DNA of 64,000 bases, taken from Octopus vulgaris. Its lineage: Eukaryota. The stretch lies in NCBI GenBank assembly GCA_951406725.2, contig OX597818.1, positions 6,200,001-6,264,000 on the forward strand, given 5' to 3'. The position numbers and the translations under genes are program-made. The notes beneath the pieces were generated by a model. That model searched no databases, had not been told where the DNA came from, and saw only the letters and a program-made list of their open reading frames with translations. Below are positions 1 through 12,000 of the stretch, in pieces. Within the stretch, counting starts at the first letter, position 1, and every line of letters starts with the position of its first letter.

Positions 1-11
1 CATACATACAT

Positions 12-68
<57 letters not shown>

Positions 69-127
69 CTATATCAAAAGTCTGAGCGCTATATAAATTG
101 TAGCAGTACGGACACTTAATATATAAT

Positions 128-245
128 TGCCAACCAAGTGTGGCATTCCTATACAGGACAGCGCTACTGATGTTTATTGCTTCAGGATGACATCTCCTGC
201 AGCTTGCTAACAACAACATTCTGGTTAGTATTTGCGAGGGATGGG
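128..245 (-). repeat. Fragment of a dispersed PLE-associated terminal-repeat family (relatives at 14760-14960, 23660-24270, 26245-26335, 27040-27618)
   Basis: tgccaac..gtgg..cctata.aggacag....caggatgacatctcct...ttagtatttgcgaggg aligns by eye with the units at 27040 and 27384. Confidence 0.6.
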
Positions 246-246
246 T

Positions 247-303
<57 letters not shown>

Positions 304-547
304 TTATAAATGAGGGTGAAAAATCGGTATTAATTTAATAATACCATTAATTTAACACCAAGTGGCTTAGCACAAAAAACTACGGAGAAAATACAAATTT
401 ATACATAAATTATTAGAGAGTTATCCACTATGTGGATAACTCTAGTGCTAAAAATAGCTCCGAAGCAACCACAGAAGAACAGTTTCCAACTAGAATCAAC
501 ATACATTTGACGGAGGGAAAGTGAAATACAACGAATAAAATAGATTG

Positions 548-623
548 ACTCTATACAATTGTTTCATTACTAATGTAATATGTAGTTTTACTTACACTCA
601 CATCTATAAATCTTCGGTAGAGT
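548..623 (-). ncRNA. Type I hammerhead-like motif (CCGAAGA core variant)
   Basis: Minus strand reads actcta-CCGAAGA-...-GAAA-caattg-TA-tagagt; stem I actcta/tagagt, palindromic stem III ACAATTGT. Confidence 0.65.
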
Positions 624-1581
624 TTGTCAGAAATGCAATTAATTAGATCGATTCGAGCGTCAAAAACACGAGCGGTCCAACCAATTACATTTTTAGTTAT
701 GTCTCAAATTCCGCGCCAAAAACATGCCTAGACTCCATTGGAAACGTATGCCGCATCAAATAAAATATTGACTGCCGCGTAGTTAAATTTATAAAATTAT
801 AAATGAGGGTGAAAAATCGGTATTAATTTAATAATACCATTAATTTAACACCAAGTGGCTTAGCACAAAAAACTACGGAGAAAATACAAATTTATACATA
901 AATTATTAGAGAGTTATCCACTATGTGGATAACTCTAGTGCTAAAAATAGCTCCGAAGCAACCACAGAAGAACAGTTTCCAACTAGAATCAACATACATT
1001 TGACGGAGGGAAAGTGAAATACAACGAATAAAATAGATTGACTCTATACAATTGTTTCATTACTAATGTAATATGTAGTTTTACTTACACTCACATCTAT
1101 AAGATTTATAGATGTGAGTGTAAATAAAACTACATATTACATTAGTAATGAAACAATTGTATAAAGTCAATCTATTTTATTCGTTGTATTTCACTTTCCC
1201 TCCGTCAAATGTATGTTGATTCTAGTTGGAAACTGTTCTTCTGTGGTTGCTTCGAGCTATTTTTAGCACTAGAGTTATCCACATAGTGGATAACTCTCTA
1301 ATAATTTATGTATAAATTTGTATTTTCTCCGTAGTTTTTTGTGCTAAGCCACTTGGTGTTAAATTAATGGTATTATTAAATTAATACCGATTTTTCACCC
1401 TCATTTATAATTTTATAAATTTAACTACGCGGCAGTCAATATTTTATTTGATGCGGCATACGTTTCCAATGGAGTCTAGGCATGTTTTTGGCGCGAATTT
1501 GAGACATAACTAAAAATGTAATTGGTTGGACCCTCATGTTTTTGACGCTCAAATCGATCTAATTAATTGCATTTCTGACAA

Positions 1582-1657
1582 ACTCTACCGAAGATTTATA
1601 GATGTGAGTGTAAGTAAAACTACATATTACATTAGTAATGAAACAATTGTATAGAGT
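1582..1657 (+). ncRNA. Type I hammerhead-like motif (inverted copy of 548-623)
   Basis: actcta CCGAAGA ttta...taat GAAA caattg TA tagagt. Confidence 0.65.
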
Positions 1658-1942
1658 CAATCTATTTTATTCGTTGTATTTCACTTTCCCTCCGTCAAAT
1701 GTATGTTGATTCTAGTTGGAAACTGTTCTTCTGTGGTTGCTTCGGAGCTATTTTTAGCACTAGAGTTATCCACATAGTGGATAACTCTCTAATAATTTAT
1801 ATATATATATATATATATTGTATAGAGGGCATTATTACACATAAATGCCTCACACTAAGAGGGACAAAGTCATTACTACCAAAATTACACTAATCATACC
1901 TAAATGCTGTTCTTCAAAGCAAGACATTTAAAAAATGAATTT

Positions 1943-1999
1943 AGTTCTGTATCACCGTGATTTCACATTTAACTTACGTCTATGATCCTCAGCAGAACT
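1943..1999 (-). ncRNA. Type I hammerhead-like motif in a PLE terminal remnant (~1820-2210)
   Basis: agttctg CTGAGGA tcat...atgt GAAA tcac g gtga TA cagaact; 7-bp stem I. Confidence 0.8.
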
Positions 2000-2207
2000 G
2001 ATTCTGAACACATCATAAATAAACCACCAACCTTACCTAGCGAAGACGAACAGACATCTATTCACTCCGGCCAAGCACATGGAATGTTTATAAATCATAT
2101 ATCCGGTAAATGGCGGGCTTTTTCGAACTGCATGTCGGGTAAGAAAACTACCTGATAATTTTCTTGTTAAGATTCCTTATTAAGAAGTTATCCTTAATTG
2201 TTAAATT

Positions 2208-2285
<78 letters not shown>

Positions 2286-2322
2286 CATGTGTGTGTGTAT
2301 ATATACATATATATATGTATTC

Positions 2323-2357
<35 letters not shown>

Positions 2358-4581
2358 TATTAATATAGCTACTACTATACATGCATCTAAACTTGAAAGA
2401 AACAGTAGATTTTAACTATAATATGGATGGATTACTGGAAGCAGATATTTGATAGCTTTCCTATATACATATATACATAGATGCAAACACACATCCACAG
2501 ACACTCATAGCTATCCAAGATTCGAAACGCCCATCTATATATGTTATTATGTGTTGTTGGGTGCGCATGTGTCTGTGTCTGTATTGCATATAGTGAAGTA
2601 AATAGAGTAGAGAAAATCGATATACGAAGGGGAGGTAGTGAAAACATATATCATTTTAAAACTGGTAATCGATTATTAAATGAAAAAATTCTTTAGAGAT
2701 CCTGGCTGCCTATCATTTAATCTAACTCAGGAATAGGTGACGTAAGAATATGACAAATGTGCTGAGCGATACACCTATGCCATTGGTACAAAAATGACCT
2801 AACATGTTACATACATTATAACAAATTTATTTGCAAACATATGCGCTCGATTTATCTTCTAAATCTGGTTTTAAATAATGGTTTAAATTTTCCAAGGGGA
2901 AATGCTAAATATATTTATCCAGTAGATCAATTTCCAAAAGACCATGATCTTTAGTATCAGAATATTCTTTTAATTTTATGTTTTAAAGCAAATGAAAATT
3001 GAAATTAAATAACTACTGAATAACGGTGAAATGAATTTTGGAAATCAACTCTTGTTACTTTTGCATTCATTTATATAAAGAGGAATATATCCCAATGCAC
3101 TACCTTCTCTCCACCGAATTAGCATGTGACTGCCAAAAAATGTAATGTTCATAGACTTTATAACAGCACGTCATGTATTGCGTAATCTTAGCATTCAGTT
3201 CCACGTCTTATTTAAATTGGATGCTATTCATAAACTTCCATTGTTATATACATATATACATATACACAGACATGCATATATACATACATACATACATACA
3301 TACAAATATTCCAAATATTTTCCATCTCAGATTCTTATGTCAATAGACACACACATTTCGACAGTTCAACCAACATATAAACACGGGGGCATATTTACAA
3401 ACATTGGGTGTTCTCAACTCAAAACCTCTGGTCGCTCTCTTCGCGACCGACTTGAGGTCTCTCAAACTTAAATATAACTCAAAGAAAAATCGTACGCATA
3501 TATATATATAAATAGGTACTTTTGGCGATTTCCAAAGCTGTTTTCACAGCTGTACTCTGGCGTTTGAGATTTTCTTAATTTCTAAAAATATGCTACAATA
3601 TTTTGTTATAAAAATGTTTTCCCATACACACGTACACGCACACACGCACGCACACAAACATACATGCATACAAACATAATATCAAAAATACATTATCATC
3701 TCTAGTCAAATAGAAAATAATATCATAAATTTCCTTACAGTAATTATTTATAATAATCCTTACTAAAAATCGAAGATTAATAATTAAAAATTACGTAGTT
3801 TCTATAAGAAAGAAACTTTCTAAAATATATTATAATATCGTAAAAATGAAATAAACGTTGAATTAATCAGTTATCCAAAAAAAGAAAATTTAATCATAAG
3901 GACTTCATAAATGTCCTTATAATTCTCATTTTCATACTAAAAAGAATAATGCTAAAATTAAAATCACTTAGTTTTTTTAGAGGAGAAATATCGCATCGTG
4001 ACGATTATATGTATTTATACTTACTGGAACATACTTATAGGAATAGAAGGAACATGATTTCAGAGAAGTTATTTACAAAGCATGTTTTTAATATGGTGTA
4101 CAATAAATATAACTTATCCAAGAATAATTTTTATCTATACTAATTTTTATATAAATAAATAGAATTTTCTCGTTTTTCAAGGGAAATGATTCCCTTTAAA
4201 CCAATATGTTTGTAATTTAATGCTTTCATACTTATAAAGAAATGATATTATAATAGAAATATATAATATTTGGAATAGGGTCTATTTTAAAATTAAATTT
4301 AAATTAATATAATTACATTTAAGATCATTCAATATAAAATAAGGAATTCAATATCATTATCATAATTACTCTTTCCCAATACTAAAATTACCTATTTTAT
4401 CAGAGGAACGCTGTATATATGCATATACGTACGTAAAGCCACACATGAACGCCCTCCCACATTGCTATACATACATACATGTATATACAATTTTTAAATT
4501 CTGTATTATTATTATTAAAATAACGTGAACCAATAATCTAAAATGTAATAATTTATACAAATTCAATTATATATATAAACA

Positions 4582-4630
<49 letters not shown>

Positions 4631-4777
4631 TTATATATATGCATACATATATACATATATATACACACAAATATATACACATATATACACAAATATATAT
4701 ATATATATATGACCTGGTGAGCACCGCCAACACTTTTTTCCTCTGTCTTCCCTTCTCGGGATCTTTCCTTCTCCTTT

Positions 4778-4812
4778 GTTTCCGACGAAGAGCTCCGCTC
4801 GAAACGTTGAAC
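4778..4812 (+). ncRNA. Minimal hammerhead-like motif (CCGACGA variant) in a ~200-bp module between (TA)n tracts (4710-4910)
   Basis: gttt CCGACGA a gagc tcc gctc GAAA cg TT gaac; palindromic AACGTT stem III. Confidence 0.7.
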
Positions 4813-4950
4813 CATCCTTCTTCCCTTCTTTCTTGAACGTCCAATAATACTTTTTTTGTTCCACGTCCTCGCGTTGCTGTGTTTTTTTGTGTTTTCTTGT
4901 TTGGATTAACTATATATATATATATATATACATATACACATATACATACA

Positions 4951-5023
<73 letters not shown>

Positions 5024-5430
5024 TTTGCATATACCTACATGTTTCTCTCCTTGTACCTTTCGGTGTTCCTCTCTGTAGAAGAGCGTAGGTTCAAAACGTA
5101 AAAGGTCTTTTCAATTCCTGAGTGTTATACTAGTACATCTGTTTGTTTTATACACCACCTATCTTCGTCTTTTGTTTTTTCGTGAACTCTCCCTACACAC
5201 ACACACACACGCGCGCGCACACACGCACGCACACGCACGCACACACACACACACACACACACAAACACATATATATATATAAAATACAGTGTACAATTAT
5301 ACACATAAGAGGAATCCAGTCATGCGATTCCTCACGCTAGAACGAACAGCTAGGTTCTAAAACCACAAATTTAGGTATCAAAATTTCGAAAGAAACGAAA
5401 TGAAAAATAAAAACATTTACCATCTAGATT

Positions 5431-5502
5431 CCTTGACCGATTGGTTTCTGATTTTAGTTTAGCAAATAAGATAATTTGCTAGGTGAAATCGTCATCAACA
5501 GG
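5431..5502 (-). ncRNA. Degenerate hammerhead-like motif
   Basis: cctg TTGATGA cgattt...(tagcaaat/atttgcta hairpin)...aaatca GAAA cc aatc gg TC aagg. Confidence 0.5.
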
Positions 5503-6100
5503 TACACCTCAGATAACATATATAAACACGAGGCAATCGATTATATGTCTCTTGTTTATACAGCCTATTTCTTTTTCAAATCAGCCCCTCGTCGGCAATA
5601 AAAAGATGTGAACTTTTAAAATTCAAAAATTATCCAAAAACTTACAATACTTAATCATATCGAAGGGAAATGGAAATTAATAGAAATGTTCACATCCACT
5701 GGCCTAGCGTGTAAAAATTTAGTCCAAAGACTATGTTTATTTATCATTTTTATATATGTTGTAATTGTGTATTATTACTTTCTATATATTTTGTTTATAT
5801 TGGTTTTTTTTTGTGTTTGAGTGTTTTGGCCAGAGAAAAAAAAGTGAAAGGATGTTGTCTATTTATTTTGTCTGTTTTCCATGCTTTTATAATCTATATG
5901 TTCGTATACTTGTATTACAGAATATTTTTTTCGTTGTTTTCACATTTTTCTATTTATCATTTATCTGCCTTACATCGCGACATCTTCTGACTGCGAACTG
6001 CTAGAGATTCAAAGCAACATTCGTGAACTGTTGGTAAACTCTTCATGTCATTATTTTTCATTACCTGAAGTCAATTTCAGTGTGGTTTTAGACTCAGTAT

Positions 6101-6407
6101 AAAGGGGTAAAGACCCCCTTCGGTCATGAATGACCATGGGATTGCACCTAGAAAGTTACCCTCCTAGACACAAGTCCGGGCAAGGTTGTTTATGGAAGGC
6201 CAGCAGTCGCCCATGCATACCAGCCTCCCCTCTCCACGCCACCAGTGTTATCCAAGGGAAAGACAAAGGTCGATACAGTTTGGCACCCATGACGTCACAA
6301 CTCATTTCTACAGCTGAGGGAACTGGAGCAACGTGAAATAAAGTGCCTTGCTCAAGAACACAACACGCAGCCCGGTCCGGGATTCGAGCTCACAACCTCA
6401 CGATCGT
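6101..6407 (-). mobile_element. tRNA-derived SINE with CORE-like domain, 5' end clipped
   Basis: Minus strand has B-box-like gagctcgaatcc followed by gtgttcttgagcaaggcactttatttcac...ctcagctgtagaaatgagt (CORE-like). Confidence 0.8.
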
Positions 6408-6409
6408 TA

Positions 6410-7560
6410 CCAAGGCATATTCCTTATTCTTTTTTAGGAGTGGGTAGCCATAATAAGGCACACATCAGACATTCCATCCATTTCCTAGCTCAAATGGGCA
6501 AACCCTGTTCTATGCTCGGGTCAAGGCATAGAACGCACACCTCTATATCTGCAGTGGCGTCCGACAGCATATGCTGGTCTAGCCCCGCCGCATCATGCTG
6601 ATTCCATGTCCCTTTGAGCTACATCAAGTTAACATATCCGTCCACAAACACTCTCCAAGCGTTCCTATAATTTATAAACTCTCTTGCCTCTATCACTCCA
6701 ACACCTCAAATCCCAAAGCTTTTCTCACACCATCTATCCACACAAACCGAGGTCTGTCTTCATCACCCTCCTTACAATCTGCGCCTCATCCATCTTCTCA
6801 ATGTAGCCAAACCACCTCAACATTCGTTAATCCAATTTGGTTGTTAGTTTATCTCTCATTCCTCTTCGTTTTCGCACCTCCTCAATCCTCATCCTGTCCA
6901 TCGGTGACGCACCAACCATAGCTCTTAGAATATCCACTCAAACACATCTAGTTGCCTCCTTTCTGCCTCTCTCAGCCTCCACGTCTCTGCACCATATAAC
7001 ATTGTCGGCACAATCACGCCCTCATACATACTTCTTTTCATTTTCATATTCAACCTGTTATCTCTTAGCATACCTTTCACGACCCCAAGCATCTTACACC
7101 CATCTCTCACTCTATATCGTACTTCCTCAGCCGTCCTCCTATCCACCCTCACATGTGACCCCAGATACTTAAAATGCTCTTCTGCTCTAACATCTCACGA
7201 ATTATACTGATATCCTTCCTACCAGCCATTCCATCTCTCGAATATCTCATCACCTTACTCTTAGCTACATTCACTTTCGGTTTCCTCCAATCACACACTC
7301 TACCACCAGTCTCCTCAGTTGCTCTTCCGAATCCGCCGCCACTGGGTTATCATCAGCAAACATCTGACTCACCTGCAATTTCTCTCCATTTCCTCTCACC
7401 ATTTGGGCTCCCCTAATAGGGGTTCTAGCATTTACCTCTTTCACCACACCATACATATATAAATTAAACAGCCACGGAGACATCACACAACCCTGTCTAA
7501 TCCCACATTCACATAAAACCACTCACATGACTACCTACTCTAACACACACTCTCCACTGG
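6410..7560 (-). mobile_element. RTE-clade LINE, 5'-truncated and frameshifted (RT C-terminal half plus 3' UTR)
   Basis: ORF 7271-7522 GIRQGCVMSPWLFNLYM...FADD; ORF 6925-7152 MYEGVIVPTMLYGAETW...LDVFE. Confidence 0.9.
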
Positions 7561-7805
7561 TACACACACATACACACACACACACACACTGGTTGTCATT
7601 ATTATTATTTTCATTAGCATCTTCTTGCAATTCTGTTTCCATTTCTTGTCGAATGCATTCCTGCCCCCCCCCATGGCAGAGAAACGTGCTGTATACATTT
7701 TTAGGCCATTGAAACAAACACACCAGATTGTTCACTTACAGAGGCATGTCATAGAGAAAAGGGCGAAGGCAGAGCGATAAAGGGGAAAACAGTGGTTAGA
7801 TAATA

Positions 7806-8013
7806 CAGTTCTATATTTAAGAGATGAGGACAACAAACAAGATGAAGACAAATATATGTCAAAATGTAAATAATGTAAATAATTTAAACAATGTAAATAA
7901 TGTAAATAATGCCCTCGTCTGTGAGAGCATCCATTACAACTGTGCATTTAACCGTTGGTTAAGAGCGCGCGCTACTAACCCCAAGATTCCGAGTTCAATT
8001 CCAGGCAGTGACT

Positions 8014-8077
<64 letters not shown>

Positions 8078-8251
8078 TAATAATAATAATAATAATAACA
8101 TCGAAAAATACCTTAGTAACTGATGAAGGCTGGAGGGTATATCAGCCGAAACGTTGTGTTAACAACAAACAAGATAAGGACAAATATCCGTCAAACGTAA
8201 ATAATATAAATAATAAAAATAATGTATATAACTCCTCATCTCTTAAATATA
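7806..8251 (+). mobile_element. tRNA-head/(AAT)n/hammerhead element, copy A, with upstream partial tail duplications
   Basis: Head 7956-8013 (tggttaagagcg..ctactaacccc..gagttcaattcc); (AAT)n ~8014-8098; CTGATGA a ggctg..cagcc GAAA cg TT gtgtt at 8120-8160; tail repeated directly at 7830-7920 and tail tip inverted at 7806-7830; homologous to 53947-54448. Confidence 0.85.
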
Positions 8252-8299
8252 TAGGTAAACATATACATATAAACCCCTACATCAACCTCTCCTTCCTAC

Positions 8300-9390
8300 T
8301 TCAGCATCCACACAATTGAATTCTTGTTGTTGCTGAAACAGTAGTTGATCCTGAATTTAGACTGTTTGGATGGTACCTTCAGTACAATGCAATGGCGGCC
8401 ATTTCTGACATTAATATAACATTCAATGCCAAACTTCGATACTAGCCCTTCTAGGATTTTCCATATGTATATTTTTGTATATGTCTCACGCCTTCACTCC
8501 AGGGAGTAAAGCTGTATTTTACTCAGCCTATCCCCGTAACTCATATGTTGCACTGTTTCAGTTTTTTTAACGTAGTGGCGTTGGAGTGCTTCAAGCTCCG
8601 CTGTCAGTTTGGCCCTATGTGGTTACCAAAACTGGGAGCCTTTGGCCAGGCGGCTGAGAACAAAGGTTCTCCACAGGGTCAGCATAGTTTCTTGGTCTCT
8701 TGTCTTGAAGGACCTCAGTATCCAACCTGCTAGTTGTCTGCACTTTGCTGCCATCTTGCTTATGTGCATATGAAATGATGCGTCATTGCAGATACTGATC
8801 TCCAAGTCTTTCATTGTTTGTGACTCTGGGATTGTAGTGTCTTCGGGCCTTCTAAATGTAGATTGTACTGTATTCGTGAGTTGATAGTGCAGTGCTTGAA
8901 ATTTTCCAGCATTAAACTGTATGTATTTTATTTCAGCCCGCTTGTATATTGAGTTTAGGCCTCGCTGTAAGTTTGTGACATCATCTTGGCTTTTTATTAC
9001 AAATGTGATAATTTTATATCATCGCATAGCTAGTGACGGTAAGCTATCCGAGTGACTGTCGGCAAGTCTAAGAGGGCTATTATAAATAGTAATGTCCCCA
9101 GAACTGTTCTCTGGGGACACCGCTTAGGATTTGGGTTTCCTCAGAAAGGGCGCCATTGGCTGCAACTACCTGACTTCTGTTTATAAGGAAGTCATGCAGC
9201 CAATCTCCCAGTTTACCAGCAATGCCAAGTTCTCGTAGCTCATGACTTATAATGCCATGATCTACCTTATCAAATGTCTTTGGGAGGTTAAGGTATATCA
9301 CACCGACATCTGAATGGTGAAGCATCTGTTTTAAAACCCAGTATATAGTGCTGTAGGAGCTGTGTGAGGCAGCTTCTTCCTGGTCGGAAG
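8300..9390 (-). mobile_element. CR1-group LINE RT fragment, decayed
   Basis: FRPGRSCLTQL at the 9390 edge; IYLNLPKTFDKVDHG..L.W..DFL.NRSQ.V...SGVP (9080-9325); KDL.I...HISK.......GWILRSFKTRD (8623-8814). Confidence 0.85.
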
Positions 9391-9398
9391 AATTTAAT

Positions 9399-11507
9399 AT
9401 GGATGCATATCACATAGATTATTCTATGAGAAATATACCGATCCCATCAAAGGAATTTTACTCTAAGAAACTTCTACAGAAAATTACTGATCTAATTAAG
9501 CGCATGAGATGGAAGGCTTTCTTTTTTGATACAGAAGCGGACACCACGGAAAACACTTTCTATCGTATAAAATCCCCAAAATTCCCTCCCAGGATTAAAG
9601 GCTTGGAAGATTTCGAAGCGGACCTGCTGAAAATTATGAGCAAAATAAAATTTCGTAAGTCTTTTAACGATTTCCAGCATAAATTGAAAAAAGATATTGA
9701 ACATATAAAAAGTTCCAAGAAAAAAGCACTTTTTTCGGACAAAACTAAAAACTTATACCTGGTAGATAACAGCAAATACACACAACTCTTACACAACAGC
9801 ATCATTAATAATTACACTAAGGCTAGGGCACAGACATATAACGAAATTAATAAAGAAGCTAGCGTCATCGCCGCTAAACTTAAATTAGATAAAGAAAATA
9901 GAAGTCCTCCCACCCAAAAGAAGCCTTTATTACTATTAAAGATCACAAAGAAAACTTCCTTTCCAACCCTAAATGTAGGCTTATCAACCCAACCAAGTCA
10001 GAACTTGGGATTGTTAGTAAAGAAATTTTAGATGAAATAAATGCGAAAATTAAGACCGATACTAGGCTAGTACAATGGTCCAATAGTATAGAAGTCGTAG
10101 ACTGGTTTAAAGCCATTAAGAATAAGAAAAAAGCGAGGTTTACACAATTCGATATTGTTGATTTTTATGCCTCTATCTCTAAAGAACTGCTAGATAAAGC
10201 CCTCGTCATCGCTAGCGACTTCATAGAAATTAGTACAAATGATAAGGACATAATCTTCCATGCTAGAAAGACCTTAATTTTCAGTGAGAACGCAAAGTGG
10301 GTAAAAAATACCGACACAGAGGGCGCTTTCGATGTGAGCATGGGTTCATATGATGGGGCAGGCATCTGCGATCTAATTGGACTTTTTCTCCTAAATACCT
10401 TAGGTAAGACATTCCCTGGCGTACATTTCGCCATCTATAAAGATGACGCCCTCGCCTTAACAGCTAATACAAATGGACCAGCACAAGATCGTTTTAGGAA
10501 GGATATTATCCAGTTAATGAAATACTTCGGACTTAGTATAATTATAGATACTAACCTGAGGGTTGTCAATTTCTTAGACGTTTCCTTAGATCTTAATAAG
10601 AATATTTATAAGCCTTATAGGAAGCCCAATGATAGACTAAGTTATATTAATGTAGGTCCATCCCATCCACCTATAGTATTCAAAAATTTAGTTTAAATAG
10701 GTCCATCCCATCCACCTATAGTATTCAAAAATTTAGTTTAAAATATTAGTAAGAGGATTTCTAGCCTCTCCTCTGATAAGGACATCTTCAATATCGTTGC
10801 CCCAGTTTATAATAAGGCTTTAAAATAAAATATACACCCATTACTAGCCCAACAGTTAGGAAAAGGAATAATAGAAATAAGAAGGTCATCTGGTTTACGC
10901 CCCCTTACTCACCCGAGGTGGCCTTCAATATAGGTAAATATTTCCTAGCACTGATAGATAGACATTTTCCAGTTAACCATACTTATAGGAAACTCTTCAA
11001 TAGACACAATTTAAAAATTACTTTTAGTTCCACTACCAATTTTAAAAACATAATCAAACATAACATACAAAAACAACAACAAGAAAACAGCTGTTCATGC
11101 AGGAATAAAGAATTGTGCCCGCTAAATGGAGCTTGCATGTCCAAGACCATCATATATGAAGCTACCGTAGACTCTATAACCACTAAAGACACCGTTTCGA
11201 CGAAGAAATACGTGGGCCTTACAGAGGGTAACTTCAAGGCCAGGTTCAGTAACCATACTTTGAGCTTTAGGCACTGGTAAGAGATAAAGGTGTCGATTAT
11301 AACATACATTGGAAGTTTTTGGCCAGATGTAATCCCTATACCAACGGCAGCGGAAGGTGCGGTCTATGCGACATGGAGAGATGGCTTATCTGAAAAAGCA
11401 GCTTAGACCCTACTACATGTCTAAACACAAGGACAGAACTTTTCGGATCATGCCCATATGTGACTAAATTTCTGTTACGTTTTTGGTCCCCTAAAGAAAA
11501 CAGATAG
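9399..11507 (+). pseudogene. PLE RT + GIY-YIG endonuclease pseudo-ORF
   Basis: Pieces 9399-~9897, ~9898-10696, 10918-11280 and ~11333-11507; frameshift near 9897, 45-bp tandem duplication 10653-10742, stops and apparent deletions near 10825 and 11290. Confidence 0.9.
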
Positions 11508-11735
11508 AACATGCTTTCTATGTTATGTCCCAAGAAGGTTTTTTTTTACCTCATCACACCTTCTATCATACATTTTATATATATATTTATATATCTTTTA
11601 TATATTTTTTATGTATTTTTATATAATTTTTATGGCGAAAATGCGAGCGATGTATAAGAACGCAGGCAAGCAGAGTTATAACACAGTAATTTCCTTTTGT
11701 ATAACGGTATTTTTTCGTAGCGTTTTCAAATAGCC

Positions 11736-11795
11736 AGATAACCGAAGAGATGTCGTGGATTCCCACTTCGGCATCTGAAACTCAGAGTTTTATCT
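11736..11795 (+). ncRNA. Hammerhead-like motif in the PLE 3' terminal repeat (CCGAAGA variant)
   Basis: agataa CCGAAGA gatgtcg...cggcatct GAAA ctc a gag TT ttatct; same strand as and downstream of the PLE ORF. Confidence 0.8.
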
Positions 11796-11931
11796 TGACT
11801 ATCGTGTAATGTAACATATTATTGTATATATATATATATATATACACTCATATACATATATATATGCGCAGGCATGGCTATGTGGAAAGAAGCTTCTTCC
11901 CAACCACACACACATATATATACATATAACT

Positions 11932-12000
<69 letters not shown>

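Larger units (their letters stand above)
303..1800. repeat. 493-bp unit in tandem (303-1102) followed by its inverted copy (1101-1800), giving a ~1.4 kb palindrome; PLE pseudo-LTR/retrozyme-like
   Basis: attataaatgagggtg at 303 and 796 (period 493); fold-back catctataa|gat|ttatagatg at ~1094-1114; bounded by (TA)n on both sides. Confidence 0.95.
9392..11826 (+). mobile_element. Penelope-like retroelement (probably Naiad-type), near full-length ORF with disablements plus 3' terminal repeat
   Basis: N-terminus YSMRNIPIPS..MRWKAFFF; RT motifs FDIVDFYASI, MGSYDGA.ICDLIG, YKDD; CSCRNKELCPLNGAC Cys cluster then IIYEA...YVGLTE.NFKARF.NH (GIY-YIG); CGLC..E and LN.R.EL...C tail; ends at (TA)n. The subgroup call is from motif memory only. 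Confidence 0.93.

Noticed and set aside
303-1800. CRISPR array or replication origin (ttatccac resembles a DnaA box)
   Set aside because: No repeat-spacer pattern, eukaryotic context, and the motif is just part of a hairpin in the repeat unit
5069-5105. Hammerhead-like ctgtagaa-gagc..gttc-aaaacgta; similar weak cases near 18735-18816, 24520-24548, 25225-25312, 35862-35897 and 60636-60726
   Set aside because: Several core mismatches or no convincing stem I; not counted as motifs
11391-11393. In-frame TGA in the PLE C-terminus as possible selenocysteine (UGA recoding is reported for some Naiad PLEs)
   Set aside because: It is not at an evident conserved Cys position (the neighbouring CGLC uses TGC), no SECIS was recognised, and the copy has other disablements; a nonsense mutation is simpler
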